64,000 nucleotides of DNA from a virus: positions 68,523 through 132,522 of IMG/VR virus record IMGVR_UViG_3300026257_000002; one strand, written 5' to 3'. Made by a program: the position numbers and the translations under genes. The notes beneath the pieces were generated by a model. That model was not told the origin of the DNA. It saw only the letters and a program-made list of their open reading frames with translations, and did not search any database. Below, piece by piece: positions 57,441 to 63,855 of the stretch (the first letter of the stretch is position 1; every line of letters starts with the position of its first letter).

Positions 57441-57496
57441 GGCTGCGGTGATCCCCTTCAAGGTAGGTTCAGGATTAGCGGCGATAGGAACCTACC
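57441..57496 (+). ncRNA. Candidate structured RNA (H-type pseudoknot)
   Basis: GGTAGGTTC (57462-70) pairs with GAACCTACC (57488-96); CTGC..TGATCC (57443-54) pairs with GGATTAGCGG (57472-81). Confidence 0.4.
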
Positions 57497-57589
57497 ACAT
57501 TTTTATGTTAATGGGAATTTATAAGAAATACTGGCATACGCATATGCCATAAACACTCTTATTACCTCCCCGACCCATCTACTTGGGGA

Positions 57590-57700
57590 AATATTTTTAG
57601 TTTGGGGGGTGGAATTTCTTGGAAAATTTTTGGAGGGTTTTTGGAGAGTTTTCTGAGAGTTTTCGGAGGGATAAAAAAATTTTTATATGAATGGAATTCT
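57590..57700. repeat. Strand-skewed imperfect tandem repeats
   Basis: ggaaaatttttggagggtttttggagagttttctgagagttttcggaggg; almost no C on the + strand; non-coding. Confidence 0.6.
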
Positions 57701-57753
57701 TTCGGTCTCTTTGGAACCTTTGTAGGTTAGGGTAGTAGTGCGTTTTTCAAATA

Positions 57754-57769
57754 ACCCCCCGAAGGGGGT
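57754..57769 (-). terminator. Terminator with a UUCG tetraloop
   Basis: Minus strand reads ACCCCC-TTCG-GGGGGT-TATTT, just after the HicA-like ORF. Confidence 0.75.
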
Positions 57770-57780
57770 GATCTGATGTG

Positions 57781-57972
57781 CTATGATGTCACCTGGTCTA
57801 GAGCGTGGCGAATGTCTCGCTCTATGTTCTTAAGAGCCCGGTGATCGCTAGGCGTTTTTGCTGTCGTTACGGTTGCACCGTCAAAGTGCTTCCATATAAG
57901 GTGCTTGCCCTTGCTGCGCTTCAGCGTGAACTGGTGGACTTTCATCAGGTCTCGCAACTGGTTTTTAGCCAT
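57781..57972 (-). CDS. hicA: HicA-like (dsRBD-fold) mRNA interferase-like protein
   Basis: 63 aa from MAKNQ; F.LKRSKGKH.IWKH..G..VT...TPSD.RALKNI; His in the G-x-H motif. Confidence 0.65.
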   Translation of the reverse strand: MAKNQLRDLMKVHQFTLKRSKGKHLIWKHFDGATVTTAKTPSDHRALKNIERDIRHALDQVTS

Positions 57973-58140
57973 GGTCGGGATCCTCAAAAGTCGGAAGTTT
58001 GCTGATTGCCTCAGCATGCCACAAGCTGGCATTCTGTCCAGCGATGGCATAGGCGGGGCAACCTATCGGATGATCGCTGCTGCCATTGTTCATAGTCCAG
58101 ACGATCATCCTGGTTTTCAGGTCAGAGCTCATGGAATACA

Positions 58141-58389
58141 TCAGTCGAGCTCCTCCATCATTTCGTTCATCTCGTCGGCGTCGATAGCAGGATCATTCCA
58201 TGCTACCCCGTCGCCGGTATGGCTAAGATGGTGGCCGATCTCGCCGTCCATCATGCAGCGGACGAATGTCATCCAAGGGTTTTCGTCCCGTGGGTATTTG
58301 ACGCAGGCAAGCGCCGTCTCGTATAGGAATTCATCGTTCTGAATCCAGAGCGAGGCGTTCCAGGTTTCGTAGTTGGTCCAGCCGTTCAT
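58141..58389 (-). CDS. Conserved phage early protein
   Basis: MNGWTNYETWN..LWI.ND..LY motif. Confidence 0.75.
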   Translation of the reverse strand: MNGWTNYETWNASLWIQNDEFLYETALACVKYPRDENPWMTFVRCMMDGEIGHHLSHTGDGVAWNDPAIDADEMNEMMEELD

Positions 58390-58415
58390 GGGGTCGGGTG
58401 CGTTGGTTCTTTTGA

Positions 58416-58471
58416 ATTCTAAAGGAAAGACCGCCTAATGGCGGTCACTGATATTCCAGTTCGTGAACTGG
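58416..58471 (-). promoter_or_regulatory. Early promoter cassette (palindrome + hairpin + -10)
   Basis: CCAGTT-cacg-AACTGG, GACCGCC/GGCGGTC hairpin, TAGAAT. Confidence 0.7.
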
Positions 58472-58626
58472 TGGGGTGTGATCCTTCCTGCTCTCACTGC
58501 TTGGCGGCATTCGTGCTCAGCGGTTTGCTGTATGAGAATGTCTTGCATGACCTTGGCGAACAAGGGTGAGGGGGAAGCGCTGGTCAAGAATTGACCGTTG
58601 TGATGGCGAATTGCTCCGTGCATCAT
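58435..58626 (-). CDS. Hypothetical early protein
   Basis: 63 aa from MMHGAIR; ATGA overlap with the upstream gene. Confidence 0.6.
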   Translation of the reverse strand: MMHGAIRHHNGQFLTSASPSPLFAKVMQDILIQQTAEHECRQAVRAGRITPHQFTNWNISDRH

Positions 58627-58847
58627 CACTTCCACTGTGCGTGACGGTTAACCCATTGACCGAGCGACCGATCAGGATCAAGAATCAAAGCGAGGATCTT
58701 GCGACGGGAAACCCGTGTGCAGCGATACTCGGTCCGACCATAACCGCTGACCGATTTGCCCCATTTTACAGTTGCTGTGCCAGTCAAAGGATTGACCCTA
58801 AGACGATGGACTGAACTGGATGGAGCGGTGTCGATTTTGAAGCGCAT
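58626..58847 (-). CDS. KTSC-like early protein
   Basis: SSSV..L.VNP.TGTATVKW.....Y....VSRR.I..L......SLGQWVN. Confidence 0.55.
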   Translation of the reverse strand: MRFKIDTAPSSSVHRLRVNPLTGTATVKWGKSVSGYGRTEYRCTRVSRRKILALILDPDRSLGQWVNRHAQWK

Positions 58848-58871
58848 GGAGTCGATTCGTTTGACTCTTAT

Positions 58872-58924
58872 AGAATACATGAAAAAACCCCCGTGTGGGG
58901 GTTTGGTGGTCAGTTCACTGATTG
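58872..58924 (-). promoter_or_regulatory. Early promoter cassette
   Basis: CAATC-agtg-AACTGACCAC, AAACCCCC/GGGGGTTT hairpin, TATTCT. Confidence 0.65.
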
Positions 58925-59070
58925 TCCAGTCTCCAGTTGATCGTATCACGGACCCCGATGTCGAAGATCAAGGTCAGGTGGCGGTGGAGTGGATCGCGTG
59001 GTGCATCCTCGGAGAGGCGAACCCAGATCCAGTGGACGTGGTTCAGAAGGTGCTCAGAAAACCAGGTCAT
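58915..59070 (-). CDS. 51-aa hypothetical early protein
   Basis: Manual translation MTWFSEHLLNHVHWIWVRLSEDAPRDPLHRHLTLIFDIGVRDTINWRLDNQ; follows a promoter cassette. Confidence 0.55.
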   Translation of the reverse strand: MTWFSEHLLNHVHWIWVRLSEDAPRDPLHRHLTLIFDIGVRDTINWRLDNQ

Positions 59071-59094
59071 GTGATGTCCCGTGTTGACTTTCTA

Positions 59095-59150
59095 ATTATA
59101 CACATGAAAAAACCCCCAGATGGGGGTTGAGTGTGACAGTTCCTGAACTG
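59095..59150 (-). promoter_or_regulatory. Early promoter cassette
   Basis: CAGTT-cagg-AACTGTCAC, AACCCCCA/TGGGGGTT hairpin, TATAAT. Confidence 0.75.
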
Positions 59151-59151
59151 A

Positions 59152-59280
59152 TCAGAAATCGTAGTATTCTGCGGCAGATGGTCCGGTGATCAAGGTCTCA
59201 AGGCGTGAGGTGTCCAGACGACCAGTTTTGAATTGATGCCAGACCAGGTGCCAGTGACCTTTGAATTTGGTGCAACGCAA
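59152..59280 (-). CDS. Possible 42-aa early protein (TTG start)
   Basis: LRCTKFKGHWHLVWHQFKTGRLDTSRLETLITGPSAAEYYDF, downstream of the TATAAT at 59309-14. Confidence 0.35.
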   Translation of the reverse strand: MRCTKFKGHWHLVWHQFKTGRLDTSRLETLITGPSAAEYYDF

Positions 59281-59308
59281 GAGGCGTGTCCCGTGTGTGA
59301 ACTATTTG

Positions 59309-59364
59309 ATTATAGCGGCATGCCCCTAGGAATTTGATGCTGATGTGTGACAGTTTACCAATTG
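59309..59364 (-). promoter_or_regulatory. Early promoter (palindrome + TATAAT, no hairpin)
   Basis: CAATT-ggta-AACTGTCAC ... TATAAT. Confidence 0.6.
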
Positions 59365-59502
59365 ACACACAGCACCCATTTCTGTTTGGTATCCCCCAAC
59401 ATAATTGAACTGGGTGAGAAACGTTTCATCAAATAGTTCACATCCTGAATCCTTATATTCTTGGAGAATAAAGGCATAGATTTCATCAGTTAGGGTTTGC
59501 AT
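59326..59502 (-). CDS. 58-aa hypothetical early protein
   Basis: Manual translation MQTLTDEIYAFILQEYKDSGCELFDETFLTQFNYVGGYQTEMGAVCQLVNCHTSASNS. Confidence 0.5.
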   Translation of the reverse strand: MQTLTDEIYAFILQEYKDSGCELFDETFLTQFNYVGGYQTEMGAVCQLVNCHTSASNS

Positions 59503-59558
59503 TTTGAGTCAAAGATTGTTAGTTAAGTAAAAAAATTGGGAGATAAACTCCCAACTAA

Positions 59559-59894
59559 TTAGCGAACGATTTGGTAACCATCGAAGAACACATCTTTACC
59601 GACAACCTGACGATATGATCCTTTGCCAATATACCAAACAAAATCTTTTTGAAAGATTCCTAGATTGTGAAAGAAACAATCAAGAATGGCATTGAGTCTT
59701 GACTTGGTTGTGTTAGTTTTCCAACCACATGATGAAAGTTTTAAATCACCATTGTTGGAGATGGTGGCAATCAGATTGTTATGAAATTTAACATCTGTGT
59801 TGCCTTCTGAATCAACTGTGACTGAGGTGTTTGCCTTTGACCAGTCACGACGCTCGACAATTGCTGCCTGCATCTCTGATTCAATCTTGCGCAT
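59559..59894 (-). CDS. Conserved cyanophage early protein
   Basis: MRKIESEMQAAI....W...NT.V...LHNN.IA...GW...TTKSRLNAIL pattern. Confidence 0.75.
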   Translation of the reverse strand: MRKIESEMQAAIVERRDWSKANTSVTVDSEGNTDVKFHNNLIATISNNGDLKLSSCGWKTNTTKSRLNAILDCFFHNLGIFQKDFVWYIGKGSYRQVVGKDVFFDGYQIVR

Positions 59895-59920
59895 AGGGTG
59901 GTTCCCTTGACTACTCTTAT

Positions 59921-59974
59921 AGTGTGGCATAAAAAACCCCCCATTGGGGGGTTGAGTGGTCAGTTTGACAACTG
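59921..59974 (-). promoter_or_regulatory. Early promoter cassette
   Basis: CAGTT-gtca-AACTGACCAC, CCCCCC/GGGGGG hairpin, TGC-CACACT. Confidence 0.65.
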
Positions 59975-60268
59975 GATTGATTTGACCTGCTTGAGCATGG
60001 TCTGGTAGTATGGTGTTACTACATCAACCAGTTGACGAACGTCCTTGACAAGCATCTCCATTTCATAATGATGGATGTTCCAGCGGTTGGTCCAGTCTGT
60101 CTGATATGCCCCTAGGGGGATGATCTCAGCAGATGGTTTCACTGGTTGTGACACTTGCTGCACTGGTGTTGCCTTGATTGCGACTGGTGTCACTTTCTTG
60201 GCGGGTGCTTTACGTGCTCCGGTCTTGCGTGATGCAGAGGACTTGCGAGCAGTAGTAGCGGTTGGCAT
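59960..60268 (-). CDS. Early protein with a basic N-terminal tail; paralogue of 60734..60994
   Basis: ARKSSASRKTGARKAPAKK then Y.TDW.NRW.IH.YE...LVKD. Confidence 0.7.
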   Translation of the reverse strand: MPTATTARKSSASRKTGARKAPAKKVTPVAIKATPVQQVSQPVKPSAEIIPLGAYQTDWTNRWNIHHYEMEMLVKDVRQLVDVVTPYYQTMLKQVKSIQLSN

Positions 60269-60293
60269 ACGTGAGAAACGTGGTGACTCATAC

Positions 60294-60367
60294 ATTATAA
60301 CCACAGGATGCCCCCTTGTTTCAATTTTCGTTACACTATGAAACAAAAAAGACCAGTTTGTGAACTG
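60294..60367 (-). promoter_or_regulatory. Early promoter (palindrome + TATAAT)
   Basis: CCAGTT-caca-AACTGG at 60354-67; TATAAT at 60294-99. Confidence 0.6.
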
Positions 60368-60464
60368 GACCCAAGTGGCCGCGGCGATTGAATAAAAAAA
60401 GAGGGTGCAATAGCACCCCCATTTAATCCAAACGTTAAATTAAACAAACAATCAATTGATATCA

Positions 60465-60656
60465 CTAAGCACTCTCTGAAGTATGTTCTAACTTATTCAA
60501 CTCAGTTTGAAGATCACAAACTTTATCAAATAATTTGTGAACATCAATGTCAAGAATGTCAGAAAGGTCATCCCAATCATCATGAAATTGAATCAAAGAA
60601 GCGATTGCTTCTAGTTCTTCAAAGGTGAAAGTTTCGGACATGACAGGTAGTGGCAT
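60465..60656 (-). CDS. Acidic hypothetical early protein
   Basis: 63 aa from MPLPVMS, immediately after a promoter cassette. Confidence 0.6.
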   Translation of the reverse strand: MPLPVMSETFTFEELEAIASLIQFHDDWDDLSDILDIDVHKLFDKVCDLQTELNKLEHTSESA

Positions 60657-60678
60657 AGGAATCTCAACCAACAAATAC

Positions 60679-60731
60679 AGTATAGCATAAAAAAGCACCC
60701 TGTGTGGGTGCTTGTGACAGTTTGTGAACTG
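60679..60731 (-). promoter_or_regulatory. Early promoter cassette
   Basis: GGACAGTT-caca-AACTGTCAC, AAGCACCC/GGGTGCTT hairpin, extended -10 TGcTATACT. Confidence 0.75.
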
Positions 60732-60733
60732 TC

Positions 60734-60994
60734 CTACTCTAAGGCTTCCTCTTTGGTGTCCGTGGTAGCATTTTCAATGGTGCTAAACGCTTTCTTATAA
60801 GATTCTTTAAGATAATTAATAACGTTGGCGCAGACTGGTTTAGCAGCAATATAACCATTCTTAAGATCTTTTACTAGTTCATCAACTTCAAAGTTATGGA
60901 TTTGCATTCTGACTTTAAAGTCTTCAATGTAATCAACATAAGTTAAATTAGTTTTTGTTGGACGAACTTTCGCAGGTGGAGTTTCTTCAGTCAT
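60734..60994 (-). CDS. Hypothetical early protein; paralogue of 59960..60268
   Basis: Y.EDF..R..IH.FE...LVKD. Confidence 0.65.
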   Translation of the reverse strand: MTEETPPAKVRPTKTNLTYVDYIEDFKVRMQIHNFEVDELVKDLKNGYIAAKPVCANVINYLKESYKKAFSTIENATTDTKEEALE

Positions 60995-61091
60995 TATGAT
61001 TCTCAATCAGTTGTATATATTTATCATCGGTTAAATTGGCAATTTTGATAGTTTTTAAAAATCCATAAAACTGCCAATTCCTTATAAAGCA

Positions 61092-61448
61092 TTAAAAATG
61101 TCGTGAGAAGAAATGTGTACAATCAGGAGATTCAATAATAAAGTAATCATGAGTTAATTCACAATCCCAGACTTCTTGCCAATCAATGTGAGATGTAATA
61201 AAGTCAGGAACATCTGATTCTTCACTAAGATAACCTAAGTCATCCATCAATTGTTCAACAAATTGTGCTTCAACACGAATAGATGTAGGCATAGTGCATA
61301 CATATGCATCTTCCCATTGATCTACTGTTTCTATACCATTTTCAAGAATGTCTTGAAATAGTTCATCATCTATATCAGGGATATCATCCTTGATATACTC
61401 AAGCAGTTCAAACTCTTCACGTGATAATTGAGGTTTGGGGACAGTCAT
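61092..61448 (-). CDS. ardA: ArdA-like acidic antirestriction / DNA-mimic protein
   Basis: Very D/E-rich; EDAY...FVEQLMDDLG...VPDF...HIDWQEVW...L..DYF resembles the ArdA C-terminal domains. Confidence 0.55.
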   Translation of the reverse strand: MTVPKPQLSREEFELLEYIKDDIPDIDDELFQDILENGIETVDQWEDAYVCTMPTSIRVEAQFVEQLMDDLGYLSEESDVPDFITSHIDWQEVWDCELTHDYFIIESPDCTHFFSRHF

Positions 61449-61481
61449 GGTTAGTGTTGTTCCTTGAGGGGGGAGAATGGT

Positions 61482-61664
61482 TCAATTTTTAACATAATAG
61501 TTGTAATGTGACTCCAAGATTTTCCATTCTGTGTTAGTAACATAACACCATCCACATTGACTAAGAACCCACTCAACTGACTCCATAAATGTTGGATTAT
61601 GATGCTTAATAAAGGTTGGTAGTGCAACCAAGCAAGAACCAAAGGGATCAGAAGAGGTTTTCAT
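61482..61664 (-). CDS. 60-aa hypothetical early protein
   Basis: ORF with its own promoter, lying between the 30-bp repeats. Confidence 0.6.
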   Translation of the reverse strand: MKTSSDPFGSCLVALPTFIKHHNPTFMESVEWVLSQCGWCYVTNTEWKILESHYNYYVKN

Positions 61665-61685
61665 GGTGTTTTGTGAACTGAAGTT

Positions 61686-61740
61686 ATCCTACAGCATCCC
61701 CCTCACCATGCCATGCTATACTGTGCCAGTTCGTGAATTG
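61686..61740 (-). promoter_or_regulatory. Early promoter (palindrome + TAGGAT)
   Basis: CAATT-cacg-AACTGGCAC ... TAGGAT. Confidence 0.55.
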
Positions 61741-61799
61741 GTTCCTTGAGGGGGGAGAATGGTTCAATTTCTGTGGAAAAGTAGTTTTCCACAGGTTCT

Positions 61800-61946
61800 T
61801 TACATAAACTCCTGCATGTAGTAGTCTACACTGACCTCATAAAATGCTGCCCGTTGTTCAATAGTAGCAGCGAATTCATCAGCAAGTTGATTTTCTTCTG
61901 ATGAATTGTTATCACCACAGAAAAGATCTAAAGTTGATTCATGCAT
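61800..61946 (-). CDS. 48-aa acidic hypothetical protein
   Basis: MHESTLDLFCG...AAFYEVSVDYYMQEFM. Confidence 0.6.
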   Translation of the reverse strand: MHESTLDLFCGDNNSSEENQLADEFAATIEQRAAFYEVSVDYYMQEFM

Positions 61947-61950
61947 GGGT

Positions 61951-62205
61951 TTAAACTGCAAGTTTGCGAGTCTCGTTAAGGAGTTGACGTTGTGCCTTTT
62001 TGATTGCGTGTAAGCAATCATACAATTGATGGATATTAGTGATATCAAGTCCACTATCGGATTTAATATCAATTCTAGTAGCATTTTTCCAGTCGATATT
62101 CTTGCGTTTATTGACTGTTGTTGTGTAGTAGTTGCCATCTTGCTCCCAATAAACACACCCTTCACAAACCACGTAGTTGTCGGATTGTTGCTTCATTGTC
62201 TTCAA
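61951..62205 (-). CDS. Hypothetical protein
   Basis: 84-aa ORF collinear with its neighbours. Confidence 0.6.
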   Translation of the reverse strand: MKTMKQQSDNYVVCEGCVYWEQDGNYYTTTVNKRKNIDWKNATRIDIKSDSGLDITNIHQLYDCLHAIKKAQRQLLNETRKLAV

Positions 62206-62210
62206 ATAAA

Positions 62211-62366
62211 TTAGGTTGGTTGGACATCTAGATAGGTAATCTTAAGTTTCTTATTTTCTTTCTTAAGTTTCTTTACTGCATTTTGTTCATTATTTGCAAT
62301 AATATATCCTTCTTTACTGTCACCCTCTTCTGTTTCAAAGTAATACTCAAATTTAGTCGAAGACAT
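62211..62366 (-). CDS. 51-aa hypothetical protein
   Basis: Manual translation MSSTKFEYYFETEEGDSKEGYIIANNEQNAVKKLKKENKKLKITYLDVQPT. Confidence 0.55.
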   Translation of the reverse strand: MSSTKFEYYFETEEGDSKEGYIIANNEQNAVKKLKKENKKLKITYLDVQPT

Positions 62367-62412
62367 TTCCTTAGTCTTTAATGTTTACAAATGATAGTTA
62401 TAATACTATCAA

Positions 62413-62495
62413 TAGGACTAGTCAGACTTGAACTGACAAGGATTAAATCCGACAGATTTTAAGTCTGTTGTGTTTACCAATTTCACCATAGTCCT
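62413..62495 (-). tRNA. trnL: tRNA-Leu (anticodon UAA), CCA not encoded
   Basis: Acceptor stem AGGACTA/TAGTCCT; anticodon arm ACAGA-CTTAAAA-TCTGT; long variable arm; T arm GTCAG-TTCAAGT-CTGAC. Confidence 0.93.
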
Positions 62496-62652
62496 TAATA
62501 TTTAAGTAATATTAAACTCTTAATTTATAAAGTTATTAAGAATTCTTAATTATTAAATATTCTGAGTTTTTTAAAAAACCTCAGTTTTTCATATTTCTGA
62601 GATTCTTGAAGTTTTACAGAAAGCATAAAAGCATAGAATCTCATCATATTAG

Positions 62653-62681
62653 ATAATAGCATAGAACTGTAGAACTGTCAA
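62653..62681 (-). promoter_or_regulatory. Sigma70-type promoter
   Basis: TTGACA-N17-TATTAT with an extended TG. Confidence 0.7.
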
Positions 62682-62765
62682 GTCTCTCAGAAGCACTTAG
62701 AAGGGATTCTAAGGGGCATTCGGAGAGTCTTATAGGGTTTGCTACCTTTGAACCCTCACAGAGTT

Positions 62766-62794
62766 ATTATAATGCCTTCTGGCAGGTTTGTCAA
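62766..62794 (-). promoter_or_regulatory. Perfect consensus sigma70 promoter
   Basis: TTGACA-N17-TATAAT. Confidence 0.85.
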
Positions 62795-62973
62795 GCATGG
62801 AAAAAATTGTGAAGTTTTTATACATCGTCTTGACTTTCGGTAGGATGCACGCTAAGACAGAAGGACTCCCGCACATTTTCTAAGATTCTCTGCTATTTCA
62901 TCACTTTTCCACCTCTTTTCCACAGGGTTGTGGAAAACTCAACTATATTTTAATTAACATTTAATTCATACAT

Positions 62974-63195
62974 TTAATACTCTCCCATCGCCTTAGAGAT
63001 TGCAATCAGTTGTTCATGAATTACCTCAACAGTTATACGAACTTCATCATCTTCTCCCATTAATGCCATATGATCGACTTCATCCCATTCTTCTACATTA
63101 ATGACACCATCAGTATATTGTGGTGTCTGGAATAATGTGCCTTCATCATCAATAGAATAAGCACATCCGTGGTTTTGGCAAGTGAGAACGATCAT
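62974..63195 (-). CDS. Conserved acidic cyanophage protein
   Basis: LTCQNHGCAYSIDDEG.L...P...G.I...W.EVD. Confidence 0.7.
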   Translation of the reverse strand: MIVLTCQNHGCAYSIDDEGTLFQTPQYTDGVINVEEWDEVDHMALMGEDDEVRITVEVIHEQLIAISKAMGEY

Positions 63196-63305
63196 TTTGG
63201 AGTGAGTGTGTGTGAGTTAATTAAGTGATTGACAGTTCAGCAAACTTATGTAATTCATCAATATAACGATCTTCAATCGCTCCATCAACACCTTCGTCAA
63301 CATAT

Positions 63306-63449
63306 TCAATCGTATTGAACAGTGACCCCCATGACTGTTGCTGTTGGATTGCGGGCTTGAGCAGTTGTGCGAGCATCTTGTGGATTAGCAGCTTTTACTG
63401 TTTCGGTGAAAACTTTGCCAGCGGCAAACATTTTAACAATATAAGTCAT
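63306..63449 (-). CDS. 47-aa conserved cyanophage protein
   Basis: Manual translation MTYIVKMFAAGKVFTETVKAANPQDARTTAQARNPTATVMGVTVQYD. Confidence 0.7.
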   Translation of the reverse strand: MTYIVKMFAAGKVFTETVKAANPQDARTTAQARNPTATVMGVTVQYD

Positions 63450-63595
63450 GATTGCATTACCTTTTCGTAAAGTGAATTGAAAGTTTCTTGATCAACAACA
63501 TCAACTGATTTTGTAAGATCAACTTGAACAAGGATCTCTTGCAGAAGAATTAACTCTTCATAGATAAGATCCTTGATCGTAAATTTATCTATCAT
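63446..63595 (-). CDS. 49-aa hypothetical protein
   Basis: Manual translation MIDKFTIKDLIYEELILLQEILVQVDLTKSVDVVDQETFNSLYEKVMQS; ATGA overlaps on both sides. Confidence 0.6.
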   Translation of the reverse strand: MIDKFTIKDLIYEELILLQEILVQVDLTKSVDVVDQETFNSLYEKVMQS

Positions 63596-63855
63596 TCTTC
63601 AGTTTTTTGAATGAGATCATTAACCCGGCGAGCATCTGCGATCACACCACCTAATGACATACCCATAAGATCTTCTGCCTCAACAATCTGAGTCAGTTGT
63701 GAAATAAAGGTTTGTGAATCACTGGTGAATTCATACATGCGAGCAGGATTAGACTGATATGCAATAGTTACGACTGCATCTTCAACCTTGATGAATGCCA
63801 CTGCACTAGATTGTTCTGTCGTAAGGAGACGAGCGATAGGAGCGTTCACGATCAT
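63592..63855 (-). CDS. Early protein, distantly KTSC-like
   Basis: SSAVAFIKV....VTIAYQSNP..MYEF...SLG..I; resembles 58626..58847. Confidence 0.6.
   Translation of the reverse strand: MIVNAPIARLLTTEQSSAVAFIKVEDAVVTIAYQSNPARMYEFTSDSQTFISQLTQIVEAEDLMGMSLGGVIADARRVNDLIQKTEE

Larger units (their letters stand above)
61459..61770. repeat. 30-bp exact direct repeat pair (61459-61488 and 61741-61770)
   Basis: gttccttgaggggggagaatggttcaattt occurs twice. Confidence 0.95.

Noticed and set aside
57905-59130. Plus-strand ORFs of 82-145 aa (57905, 58566, 58756)
   Set aside because: They are antisense to recognisable minus-strand genes in a GC-rich, stop-poor segment.
58416-61740. Regularly recurring palindromes as a possible CRISPR array
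   Set aside because: The copies are degenerate, hundreds of bases apart and separated by ORFs, with no constant repeat-spacer period.
61800-62165. 121-aa ORF as listed in the track
   Set aside because: Its 5' part overlaps 61951..62205 out of frame; only the 48-aa portion from the ATG at 61946 looks genuine.
63225-63380. 51-aa overlapping ORF (MLAQLLKPA...AELSIT) and a weak palindrome copy near 63232
   Set aside because: The ORF largely overlaps the better-supported 63306..63449 gene, and the motif deviates from the CAGTT-N4-AACTG consensus.
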